From: Octopus sinensis
Taxonomy: Eukaryota
DNA length: 64,000 bases
Direction: 5' to 3'
Assembly (NCBI RefSeq): GCF_006345805.1
Contig: NW_021832227.1
Span: 392,460-456,459 of the forward strand
Of this stretch, positions 36,715 to 47,428 are shown in pieces. The notes beneath the pieces were generated by a model that saw only the letters and a list, made by a program, of their open reading frames with translations, was not told the origin of the DNA and ran no database searches. Numbering within the stretch: position 1 is the stretch's first letter; every line of letters begins with the position of its first letter. Both the position numbers and the translations under genes were made by a program.

Positions 36715-37321
36715 TGTCGCGAGCGCAGCGAGCGACCGAGCGCAGCGAGCGACCACTCAATTTCTAGATCCGATCAATCAAAAAATCTATAAATTGACAA
36801 ATACCTAGGCTTGTATTTGGGATTAAATATATTCGATAACAAAAATTAAAATCGATGCCAAAGCAGAATGAGCTTTAAAACCGATTTCATAAATAAAAAT
36901 AATATTTTAAAATTTATAATTGATATTTTAGAATAATGAGAAAAAATCTAAATGCTTCATAATTTATTAAAATGTCAAAACAAGAATCTTCTGAAGGAGC
37001 ACGCCTGTCAGCACAGTTCATTTTTGATTAGAAGACCTAATTTTAGAGATTAAAACGAAAAAATAACAATGAGATCTGTCAAATTATTACCCCCCCTCAC
37101 AACCTAAACCAAATTAGCGTTCAGTATTCATTGATTTTACTTTTTCTATTAAGGTCTACTTATAAATTATTTTATGGGATTCAATGGAAAACTTAAGTTA
37201 TTTCAATTTTAATTTTAAATCATGTTAAAATTTTAAGTAATTTAATAAATATATTGTTGATGATAGGTTGTTAGCTGTCAAAGTCGCGTCTAGCGCTCGG
37301 TCGCGCGCTGCGCTCGCGACA
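36715..37321. mobile_element. TGT-tipped MITE, copy 2 (inverted relative to copy 1)
   Basis: Reverse complement of 34135..34739 at high identity; again flanked by TAATA. Confidence 0.88.
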
Positions 37322-37384
37322 TAATATAACAAAAATAATGAATTTCGATGATCATTTCATTTCGCCTTCGGATTATTCTTTATT

Positions 37385-37580
37385 GATTGGATCCAAAGCC
37401 CTCAAACTTCTCTCAAAGATTAGTTTAATCATCTCGAGAAGAAGCTACGACAGTCGTGAAACAAGCTGACTTTTTCAGCGGATATCGTTCGCGATATTAC
37501 GTGGAAATTGCCTGTCCATCCGCTCGGTGACTCATCTAATTTAGTTAGCTTCTCTAATAAATAATCAATAACTAAAAAAA
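37385..37580 (+). mobile_element. Degenerate 3' end of the same CRE family directly upstream of the intact copy
   Basis: Aligns with ~40473..40640; contains an in-frame TGA; ends AATAAA...A7. Confidence 0.85.
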
Positions 37581-37734
37581 TTCTTTATTGATATTGTATT
37601 AATACAACAGTGGCCTCAATTTTTGCACGTTGTTGGTGTGGTGCACTTTTTCTTTTCATTTGTTATTCAATAATCCATGGTTGTAATTGTCATCTATCTA
37701 ATAATTATTCTCTGTCTATTCTTTTTCTGATCCT

Positions 37735-40632
37735 ATGTCTCCCTGCAGCAAGTGCGAACTTACGTGCCCTCGGAAAAAGGGAAGGTATTGTTCTTCGTGC
37801 CAATTCTACTTCCACCTCTCCTGTGTCGGCTTATCGAAGATCAGCTCGGCAAGCATCGCAAACTGGAAATGTTTTCGCTGTTCTTCTACTCCTCTGTACA
37901 TCGAGGCCCCGACTCTTCCCAAAATACCTAAGGACCGGTCTTGTTCCAAAGCTCGCGAATTCCTCGTACTTTTGTCTCGTTTCCGGAAATCGAAGTCTAT
38001 CCCGTCACACATTCCTAAATCGGCCAGGATCCAAGTGGCTAACTCCTTAGCTCTGGCTATTGAGCGGGCTCTGGCTTCGAATTCTTGGAGCGATTGGCTC
38101 AAGTTTCTCTCATTTGTCCCTGTCTGTCTGGGCAGCCCTTTAAACGCCACTTTTCGTGGTGACCGCTTGTCCGTCTCGCAGCAAATTAAAACAAACTGCG
38201 AGTTTTTCAACAATTCAGAATTTGATATGAGCTATTTTTCCCTTGATGCTGCTGAAAGGCTCCCTCGTCCAATTCGGAGCACTCAGGACATTTCTCGAAT
38301 GGTTCGCAGCAAGCTTATGCAAGGCGACGTTCGGAGTGCAGTACGTGTTATTTCCTCGAACACCACAATTGCCCCCCCTTCTGACAAAATCCTCGACCAA
38401 TTGCGCTCTAAACACCCCGGCGCCCCGGATGATCTATCTGAAATCCCAGATCTGGTGACTGATTCTATATATCCCGTCTCTTCGACGGAAGTAACTGCCG
38501 CCCTCAGCTCTTTCCCATTCGGTAGCAGTGGGGGTATCGATGGCTTGAAACCGATTCATATAAAAGATCTGATTTCCCCTGTGACTGCAGAGGGTGGAAG
38601 ACGCTTATTGTTGGCCATCACTTCCCTCTGCTCAAGAATCATCTCTGGTACGATCCCTCCTTTCGCTAGGGACGTACTCTTTTCCGCAAATCTGACTGCT
38701 CTTAACAAAAGTGATGGTGGTGTACGGCCTATCGCTGTGGGCAACATCTTCAGACGCCTTGCTGCTAAAATTATTTGTCAATCAGTGGTTCCGGAAGCAA
38801 GTGCTAAGCTTATGCCAATTCAAGTGGGCGTGAAAGGAGCCTGCGAAGCAGCCGCCCATGGCATACGGCAGCTGTCTTCTGCAAAATGTACTGAAATCCC
38901 ATTCCTCCTTAAAATTGATGTCAAAAACGCGTTCAACTCGATTCGGCGCGATCATATCCTTGAAACTGTCCGATGTCGTTTCCCTGCCTTATATCCGATC
39001 GTCCATCTGTCTTACGCCTCCCCCAGCTGTCTCTTGTTTGCCGACAATGTTATTATGTCCGAAACTGGTATTCAACAAGGCGATCCTCTTGGGCCCCTTT
39101 TATTCTCACTCCGTGTTGATCACATTGCCCGCCAATTGTCCTCCGAGGTAAACATTTGGTACCTCGATGATGTTACTCTCGGCGGGACTTTGGAGACCGT
39201 CAGGAATGATATAGGAAAAATTATTTCTGGTTTTGCCTCCATTGGGCTCGCTTTGAATAGATCCAAATCCGAGCTGATATGCTTGTCTGCGAGCCCTTCG
39301 GAATTCAAACTTATTTTTTCCACCTTATCTCACCATATTGAAGGCCTGGGCATCACCCAGCTTGATGACCTCATCATTCTGGGTTCCCCAATCAATAGCA
39401 AGGCTACTAAGAAGGCTTTATGTGACACGCTCGAAGAATTGGAAACTCTAATCTCCCGCATTTCCAAACTTGAATCCCATTTGGGTCTTTTCTTGCTCAA
39501 GAACTATCTCTTTATACCGAAGCTAACTTATCTCATGCGCTCATCGTCCTGCTTTCTCGAACAAAATCACTTGTCTTGTCTCGACAACATGGTCTCCAAA
39601 GCTCTTGAGCTTCTCGTAAATATCAAATTCAAACCTTCAGACATGCGACGGGTTAATTTACCTATTCGTTACGTGGGCATCGGCATTCGCTCTTGTGTTG
39701 ATTTATCCCTCCCATGTTACCTTTCCTCGTTGTCTGCCTCTGCTAGTTCCTTCAACTCTGTTCTCTTCCCCTCCCCTGAACAGCCCGAGTTGTTGGAATA
39801 TACGGCGGGTGTCAACATGTGGATTTCTTGTGGGCTTAAAATCCCGGACGCCCCCTCAGTTCAAAAGAACTGGGATGATATATATTGCTCCCATGTACTC
39901 GAAGACATCCGCCTACGTGCTGACCAATTTCAGTTGGCAAGCATCAATTGTGCCTGTCAACCCCACTCGGGCGATTGGCTTGACGCTTTGCCGATTTCCT
40001 CGACTGGAATGTTGCTGGACGACGAATCTGTCCGCATCGGAATCTGTTTACGGCTTGGCATAGAGATTTGCCAGCCGCACCATTGCAGATGTGGACAACT
40101 CATTGACAGGAGAGGTTTACACCCTCTCTCTTGTCGCCTCAGTGCCGGCAGGATCCCCAGGCACGCCTCATTGAATGACGTCGTGAAGCGCGCGCTTGAC
40201 GCCGCTGGATTTCCCTCGATGCTGGAACCGATAGGACTAGACCGTGGAGATGGAAAACGCCCTGACGGGTCGACCTTATTCCTGTTCAGGAAGGGAATGG
40301 CACTCGTGTGGGATGTTACCTGCGTAGACTCATTTTCTCCATCATCGCTGGTTGACTCCGCTTCTCGTCCTGGATCTGCATCTGCCCTTGCCGAATCTAG
40401 GAAAACTGCAAAATATGCCTCTTTGACCGATTCCTGCTGCTTCATTCCCCTGGCTTTTGAGACCAGTGGGATAATTGGACCCAAAGCCCTCAAACTCCTC
40501 TCAGAGATTGGTTCAATCATCTCGAGGAGGAGTCATGACAGTCGCGAAACGAGCTGGCTTTTTCAGCGGATATCGTTCGCGATATTACGTGGAAATTGCC
40601 TGTCCATCCGCTCGGCGACTCATCTAAATTAG
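37735..40632 (+). CDS. Intact CRE-like non-LTR retrotransposon ORF (PHD finger, RT, restriction-like endonuclease), 965 aa
   Basis: N-terminal C4HC3 pattern; SSGGIDG, VRPIAVG, KIDVKNAFNSI, QQGDPLGPLLF, WYLDD; CRC..H.LSC, RHASLND, RPDG, WDVTC, ESRKTAKY. Confidence 0.92.
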   Translation: MSPCSKCELTCPRKKGRYCSSCQFYFHLSCVGLSKISSASIANWKCFRCSSTPLYIEAPTLPKIPKDRSCSKAREFLVLLSRFRKSKSIPSHIPKSARIQVANSLALAIERALASNSWSDWLKFLSFVPVCLGSPLNATFRGDRLSVSQQIKTNCEFFNNSEFDMSYFSLDAAERLPRPIRSTQDISRMVRSKLMQGDVRSAVRVISSNTTIAPPSDKILDQLRSKHPGAPDDLSEIPDLVTDSIYPVSSTEVTAALSSFPFGSSGGIDGLKPIHIKDLISPVTAEGGRRLLLAITSLCSRIISGTIPPFARDVLFSANLTALNKSDGGVRPIAVGNIFRRLAAKIICQSVVPEASAKLMPIQVGVKGACEAAAHGIRQLSSAKCTEIPFLLKIDVKNAFNSIRRDHILETVRCRFPALYPIVHLSYASPSCLLFADNVIMSETGIQQGDPLGPLLFSLRVDHIARQLSSEVNIWYLDDVTLGGTLETVRNDIGKIISGFASIGLALNRSKSELICLSASPSEFKLIFSTLSHHIEGLGITQLDDLIILGSPINSKATKKALCDTLEELETLISRISKLESHLGLFLLKNYLFIPKLTYLMRSSSCFLEQNHLSCLDNMVSKALELLVNIKFKPSDMRRVNLPIRYVGIGIRSCVDLSLPCYLSSLSASASSFNSVLFPSPEQPELLEYTAGVNMWISCGLKIPDAPSVQKNWDDIYCSHVLEDIRLRADQFQLASINCACQPHSGDWLDALPISSTGMLLDDESVRIGICLRLGIEICQPHHCRCGQLIDRRGLHPLSCRLSAGRIPRHASLNDVVKRALDAAGFPSMLEPIGLDRGDGKRPDGSTLFLFRKGMALVWDVTCVDSFSPSSLVDSASRPGSASALAESRKTAKYASLTDSCCFIPLAFETSGIIGPKALKLLSEIGSIISRRSHDSRETSWLFQRISFAILRGNCLSIRSATHLN

Positions 40633-41059
40633 TTAATTTCTCTTCTCTATTTTTCTTGTATTTTTCTTTATTGATTGAATGTCAGGTTACATTTTGCACT
40701 GTGGAACGATAAACGATGTAAAAAATTATTTTAAATTTTCATAAGAGTAGTTTATGTATAAAAATAAAGTTGTAAATAATATTACTTAGGTCAAATTTTT
40801 AGTCAATTTTTAAAATTTTAAGGTCAATTAAATTGACGTTTAAAGGGCAATTTTTATTTCAAGTCAATAAAAATGTCGCCCTAATTATTATATCTAAAAT
40901 GATTTTTTGCTAGATACCTCCACGCTCTTCTTGAGGTTTCGAATTTTCTGAGGTTTCAGCATTTTCTAATTGTATTCCAGCATTTTTTAGGTCATCGTGT
41001 ATAAATAGTGGCTGGGTTGTGCGTAGTTTGGTTTGAGAGCGGCCGCCGTTTAAGAAGTA

Positions 41060-41730
41060 CAACTTCATTATTTTCTTTGCAAAAAAAGGAGTAGAATCTA
41101 TTTTCAGAATATTTCCCAGTAGTTCCCATCAAGCGTTCTTTGTAGTAGTCCTCAAGCATTCAGATTTACAGTTACAGTATAGGTTCTTGTTGATCACCTT
41201 CGGATAGCGTAGTAGAGATTTTAGTTGTCATCTGTGAAATATATTCAGGTCTTTAGTGCATTTATCATTCGAGCCCCACGTTCCGAGTTTTATTGCAGTA
41301 TAGGTAGAACAAATACAGTGTATAGAATACTTTCACAAGTGTTGAAAGTGTGTATATTTGAACATCTTGCTAATTGTCAAATAATGATTCAAATTTATTA
41401 TTCTTCATTTCTCATCTGCCATTTGGAATTCTCTTTTAGCAGCTATTTTCCAAATACACAATGAGCATGATTGAGCATTTTCCTGATCTCTTCAATGTTT
41501 TCTAAAACAAAGTCCTCATCATCCGCAAAGATCAGTTCAGGTATTCGACTCAGCCCAGGTAGATAACAAATAGTATTTGCGATAAGGAATTGCCTTGTTG
41601 AATTTGCAGGAGCTGCCTGAATCAGCCCAGACTTCTATTTTGGTGTTTGCAAATAGGACACGTATCATCATCAGACAGCTCTTGCACCAAGTAAACTTAG
41701 TATCTTTATTCTGCCATTAAAAAACGGTAA
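41060..41730 (-). pseudogene. Degenerate RTE-like RT fragment
   Basis: QQGNSLSQILFVIYL and LIFADDEDF resemble the 53769 element; many stops. Confidence 0.55.
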
Positions 41731-41891
41731 TTTAATAGAAAAATAAAATATTTACCTACAAAACAATAAATGTGGTATTGGTGAAGTTATGCTAGATATC
41801 ATGATATGACAGGCCACGAAGGCACTTGAACAAGTTAGTGGTTATCTGTCATAGTAGACGGATTATCGACTTTAAAAATCAAGACAAAAAG

Positions 41892-42785
41892 TTAAATAGT
41901 TCTATTTTTGACGGCTTTTCTCTGTCGCAATCTGAACAAAAAGGACAACGCAAAAGAGGCAGTGAAGGAAATCAACTACAAATAGTTTGCACTTTGAGAA
42001 CTGTTATGAAGACAGAAATTATGACAGTACTCACAATATTGTGATTTTTAAATTTCTGCATCAATTTGGTATAGCAGCCCTAAAAATGAGTGGGGTACAG
42101 CATGTGCCTCCTTGTAAATGGCAGACATAACCCGACAATTCGCCTTCTCCGAACAACACGTGTTAGGGTAGCGTCGATTTTTCACAAAAAATGGGCTATG
42201 ACTCCAATCCAGGAAAGAGTCGACTCCGCAGCAATCAAACTAAGGTTTGGCTTATTAATATACCTTGGCGGTTGTTTTCACAAACTCTAGTGATCCATAA
42301 ATGTTTTCCCCAAAATTATAGACTTGGTCGATAAAGTGATGTTTGACAAGAAGTGCAATCTGCAGTCTATAAAAATAGGGGACACCTTGACTTTCCAAGT
42401 TATCACATAAATGTAAAGACTTATTTCAGTCAAAAGAGAAAACAGAAGGCATCCGAACCCCTAAAATATTGATTTCAGATTAAAATACAATAAATAGTTC
42501 AATGTAACCTTTTCTGAATGATATTTTGACAAAAATAAGTGCCCGGCTGCTTTAAAGACGCTTTCCAGTATTATGAAGTAGGGAATTAAAAATATTCGAT
42601 GTCTCCGGTTAGTCAAGACCCCTTCAAGAATTTTGATGACGGAGGCTGCAAAAAACACTTCCAGAATGCCGAGGATCTGGCAAATGTGATGAAAACCATA
42701 CGATTAGTATTAAACTCAGGACAAGAATGAGATATCGGATTGTCGACATTTGAGTCATTGTTAAATATTTCGTCAAGGAAGCCAT
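41892..42785 (-). CDS. Tetraspanin, ~238 aa, 7 exons (manual gene model)
   Basis: Introns of 25, 48, 26, 24, 28 and 26 nt give an open 717-nt CDS with 4 TM segments, FDCCGVDSFLDW, PNTCC and IYKEGCYTKL. Confidence 0.85.
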
Positions 42786-43079
42786 TGCTTGACAAGTCAC
42801 TCGATTCTAATAAATCACGAATTTATAAATTAATTCCCCTTGATTAAATTCGAGTGGCCCGTATAGAATAATTAATCATTCGAAAAGTCTTATATAGCAG
42901 AATGGTCAGAAATATCAATTAAATATTTACCTTTTTATTGGTATTAAAAAATGAAAAAGTAAGTCCAAACTAACATTTCTATCCCGAATCATCGTCAACT
43001 TGATCATTTTTTATAGAGCCAAAGTTGCCACAACGTATTCATCAATGCCAGCTTAGTTTATAGTCCTGCATGCGCAACA

Positions 43080-43300
43080 CTCAAAGAAACAATACCTACA
43101 GTTAGTTTTTTCCATTTTCCTCAATCGAATGCGAGTGATCTCAATTCTTCCAGGTCGTTCCCCGTCTTTAGATTTTTTCTCCCGCTATTTAGGTCTTTGT
43201 TTAAGTCAGTCGGAGTGTTGATCTAGGTCGTCCGCGGAAGGGTTAGTCGCAATTGTAGTTTTGGCATGTTTTATTTTAACAGAATTCAAATGCTATAAGA
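43080..43300 (-). pseudogene. Possible degenerate RTE-like C-terminal fragment
   Basis: PRTT*INTPTDLNKDL...NDLEELRSLAFD*GKW resembles the RPRSTLPAVLERDF...DDLESLRDLARNRKGW tail of the 53769 ORF. Confidence 0.4.
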
Positions 43301-44419
43301 AACAAATGAACAGCAGACAAACGTGGTGAGCACATACAAAACATCTGTAGGGTTTCATTTGGACAAACATTGAGTTGGGTTATATAGGGTCTCTCAACAT
43401 TGTTAAGACTTCCTCCTTTTCTAAACACGGCATAACCGGACATTTCACCCACCTTTTCACCTTGCTGGCATCAATTACCTAACCATAAGTTACGCGACGT
43501 CGATTAGTCGCACAGGGTCGGCATAATGGGCTACTTGGTTAAAGTAATCAGCCATATTTGACATTGAATTGATCAAAAACATCCCCAATGAAGAAAATCA
43601 TTCCCTTTCTGTATGTTTTCCACCTGACCATTAATTTGGACAATTCTAGTTTCGAGAACATACCCATCCAACAGGGCGCCCAGGAACTCTGTTCCATTAT
43701 TACATCAAAGAATGAGGTATTTTCTCAGATCACCAGACTGTGGAATTATAAATGAGCGTACTCCCATTTATCATTCGCCAATGATGCGTGGAACAATTCC
43801 TAAATACCGAGGACGAGTGTAATGACTAATTGTGGTCAATTTACAGCTGATGCATGAAAGGGAACTGCTCTAGACTCTATGGAAGACCACAAGTCGGAGG
43901 AGACTAAACTCAATGGGGGTGTGAAGGCGTTGATGGTTGAGGCAAAGGTCAAGGGTGGACAACTCGAACAAGTCAGACATAAACTAAGAACGAAGGATAA
44001 GAGAATAAGTCCACTAAGGATTTCCCAGCATTTTTTTAGTGAGAGAACTAAGTGACTTTGAGACTTCCAATCTTACGTGAATTGCCATATCATCGACCGA
44101 AAGTTCAATTAAGCTTCAGAATGCTTTACATGGAGTTCACATATTTTGATATATGGTCCTACCGAATCATCGTACGAAACCACCTGAACGGAATATTTTG
44201 AACCAGGTTAGTTTTAATGACTATAGCAATTCCTATGAATGTGTTTTTAGTAAATCGAGCAACCTTTGGTTGGAACTAGAGCAACCTTAAATAAAAGTGT
44301 GAATAAAAAATTGAGGTACAATGATTTTTATTTTCTAAGCGAAAAACTGACATTCAGGGTAATCAAAAGTTAAACCACTGGCACTTAGAGTAAGCATTTC
44401 TAAAAACTATTATTTGCTT

Positions 44420-46473
44420 ATTATTAGACGCACTTTCGCGATGCCATGGATCATGACTAGGGCAATTTTTTTTTAACCTAAAAACTTCGATTTTTTAACC
44501 TAAAAATTTTAACTTTTTAACCTAAAAATAACCAAATTTTAACCTATAAAACAAAAATTTTAACCTAACAAATTTTAACTTAAGAATCATTTATTATACA
44601 AACATATAACATAATTCTCTATATTTTCAATATTAAAATTTCTGTTATCCCTCATAAAGTTTTTAATTTGAGAGAAGCATCGTTCTATGGAAGAGGATGA
44701 AGGCTGACACTTTAAAAGCATACAATATTCTTCAGGAGAAATTGATGAATTTGTCATTCTTATAATTTGACATAAATCATTTTTTTGTAATCGTTCATTC
44801 AAATATTTTTCAATTATATCTGATTCGTCGTCAAATTTTAAATTCTTTAGCTCATTGTAAGCTAACTCTATTGAGGAGTGAGAACTTTCAAATTTGCACA
44901 ATAATTCTGCTATTATTAAACTAGTTTTACCTGGAATTGTCGAATAATTTCTAACAATAGAACTTAAGCTTTTTACTAGAGATTCATCTCTTAGGCTATT
45001 TTTTGCAGCCTGAACAATGATTCCATCATCAGGAATTGTTTTGAAAATGTTTATCACATGTATTAAATTTTTTGCATAATAAAATGCAGCAGTTAGCCAA
45101 GTACCCCATCTAGTTAAAACTACATGAGGTGGAATTCCAATTTCATTAAATAGTCGTTTTCTCTTGTTATTTTTTGTTATTGCCGCTTGAATTGATGCAA
45201 TAAGAGAATCAATTTCAGGATAAATAGTCCTGATTTTCATTGAACAATTATGCATCAGATGAGCAACACAAGTTACGTGAAATAACCTTGGATATAAAAG
45301 CTTAAGAACTTTTCCAGCTATAATTATATGTTAAATTAAAACCTGCTAGCATATATTTAGCGGAATCTGTTATTAGGAGAAGGAAATTTTGTCTTTCAAT
45401 TAAAACGCATTTAATCGTATCGTCAACAATTTGAATAATTGTTTCTTTGGTAGAAGTTTTATCAATTTTTACGAAAGAAATCAAATAAGTTTTATCGGGA
45501 TTTTTAAGTATCCCCATTAAAACTGCAACAAATTTTTGACTACGAATAGTGACCTCGTCACTTATGGCGAATACAAGTTGATTTCTAAAAAATTATATAT
45601 TCATAAACCTAAACTTTTCTTGAAATAATACAATATATTCAGTTTTCAATTGTTTAACGCACATTCTTGCTTTGTATTGGGAAGGAAGAGGCAAAGAAGT
45701 ATTCTTGAATAAATTCTTTAGAGGAGGCATAGTCAATTTATGCAAGGGTATATCGCATTGAATAAATGCTTTAGTGACTTGCATTGACCAGTCATCATTG
45801 GGTAACTCGTCCAAACAAGGCTGATAGAAATTATTCTCTAAAAATTATACTAATTTGTAAAAACTTAATAAATTTGAGTGCTTCTTCGATTCTCGGTGAG
45901 AATTCACAAAATGCTTTTTCTCACACCTGACTGTGCATAAGCAAAGTTGACATTGCAACTCGCCATTCTCTCGTAATAAAAACTCCAGCGGATATTCAAT
46001 AACAATTTTTTTTGCCTTAAAATACATTGTTTTTGCAGTTCTTGGCATACTAAACACCCACGCGCTATTTTAAATAAAGTTAAAATTTTTAACTTTATAA
46101 AAAAATTTTTTTTAACTTTTTAACTTTATTTTTTTCTTTAATAAGTAACTATTTCATTTAAAAAATACTTTATTTTTACTTTTAAGCCAAAATACACATT
46201 TTCATATATTTTAACTTTTTTAACTTAAATTGCCCTAATCATGACAAAGCTTGTGCGGCCACATAAGATCAAGACAGAAAGAGAACATGTTATTAGAAAA
46301 CTAGCTAATCCAAACGAAGACTTGTGTCTCTGCTCCATCTATTTTCTTTTGTGCCGTGGTGAGATAGACATCCGATTCCGCAGTGGAATCACTGATGACG
46401 GCGTCACTCGTCAATCCGGGGTGCACGTAACCTTCGGCCGGAATGATGACAGTGAGATTCGAACCCGGGAGCT
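44420..46473 (-). mobile_element. 5'-truncated tRNA-derived SINE (family 2), ~270 bp net, split by a hAT
   Basis: B box GGTTCGAATC at ~46456-46465; (TAA)n tail near 44420; 12-bp TSD TATTATTTGCTT (44408..44419 and 46474..46485). Confidence 0.72.
44458..46237 (-). mobile_element. hAT-type transposon with CGGBP1-like zinc finger, frameshifted
   Basis: TIR TAGGGCAATTT; 8-bp TSD ATCATGAC (44450..44457 and 46238..46245); CQLC..H..SKKH finger, ITDSAKYM, VTCVAH, TRWGTW, SSSIERCFS; 30-nt intron 45821..45850. Confidence 0.88.
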
Positions 46474-46649
46474 TATTATTTGCTTTTTGCTCTGTTTAGT
46501 TTACGAATAAAAATCAAGTTAAATAGCTATAAAAAACAATCATTAATCTAAACTTTTAGAGACTTGACTAAGAGAAAAATTCATTCAAATTATCCACAAA
46601 AAACGATAATTTAAAATCAAAAAATTAAACAAGAGTAAAACAATAATAT

Positions 46650-47428
46650 CTAAGCACCTGATTTACCCAAAGGGGCAGAAGGATCACAGTGCTGATCAAA
46701 TGGCGTAAGAGGCAAAGGTTTGTTTACCCAATGCTCAGGAGTCCTATATTTCATAGTATTCTCCAAAGCCATCATTATGGCCTTAGCAAAATTTGCTAGA
46801 GTAGCCGTAGATCCTCTTGTACACGTATAGCAATCTTCAAGACCACACATCCTCAATAACTTTTGCGGAACTGTTGCTGCAACCAGTCCAGTTCCCCGAG
46901 GGGCAGGAATAAGCCTCACAAGCACTGAACCACAAGTTCCAGTAACTTTACAAGGCACAGTGTGCATTTGACCAATCTTGTTCCCCCAGTAACCCTTTCG
47001 GACTGGGATAAGGTTTAGTTTGGCAAGATTAACTCCTTCCCTCATTGAGTTTACGGCCTCTTTAGAGCATTTAATCCCCAGTCCTACATGTCCCTTCCCA
47101 TCGCCAACAGCAACAATGGCCTTGTGTCGAGTCCTCTGTCCAGCTCTGGTCTGTTTTTGAACTGATTGGACTTTGAGAACTTCGTCAGTTAACTCGGGGA
47201 TAAGTAGGTCGACAATCTCGACTTCCTGTCGATTATTAATAGATAAATGACCATGATAGGCAGAGAAGCCATGAATATTTCGTCGATATTAGTTATGAGC
47301 CCTTCATTTACCAATCTGCCCAGACGAGTTATTGGGACCCATTCCTTTTTTGGAGGAGGGGCTCCTCTTCCTCGTTGTGACTTTCCTCTATTTCCAAAGC
47401 CTCCTCTAAATCCACTTCTATCGCCCAT
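46650..47428 (-). CDS. RPS2: 40S ribosomal protein S2 (uS5), 250 aa, one 26-nt intron (47226..47251)
   Basis: RGG N-terminus, [58 protein letters not shown]. Confidence 0.97.

Noticed and set aside
8554-40520. Numerous 60-190-aa ORFs antisense to or overlapping RT and transposase ORFs (for example 8554..8757, 15830..16120, 37806..38213, 39957..40520)
   Set aside because: Shadow frames of GC-richer TE coding sequence
46392-46398. Hammerhead ribozyme core CTGATGA (also at 202 and 33526)
   Set aside because: No correctly placed GAAA or stems I-III found by eye; no HDV-like fold recognised in the SINEs either, though a covariance-model search was not possible
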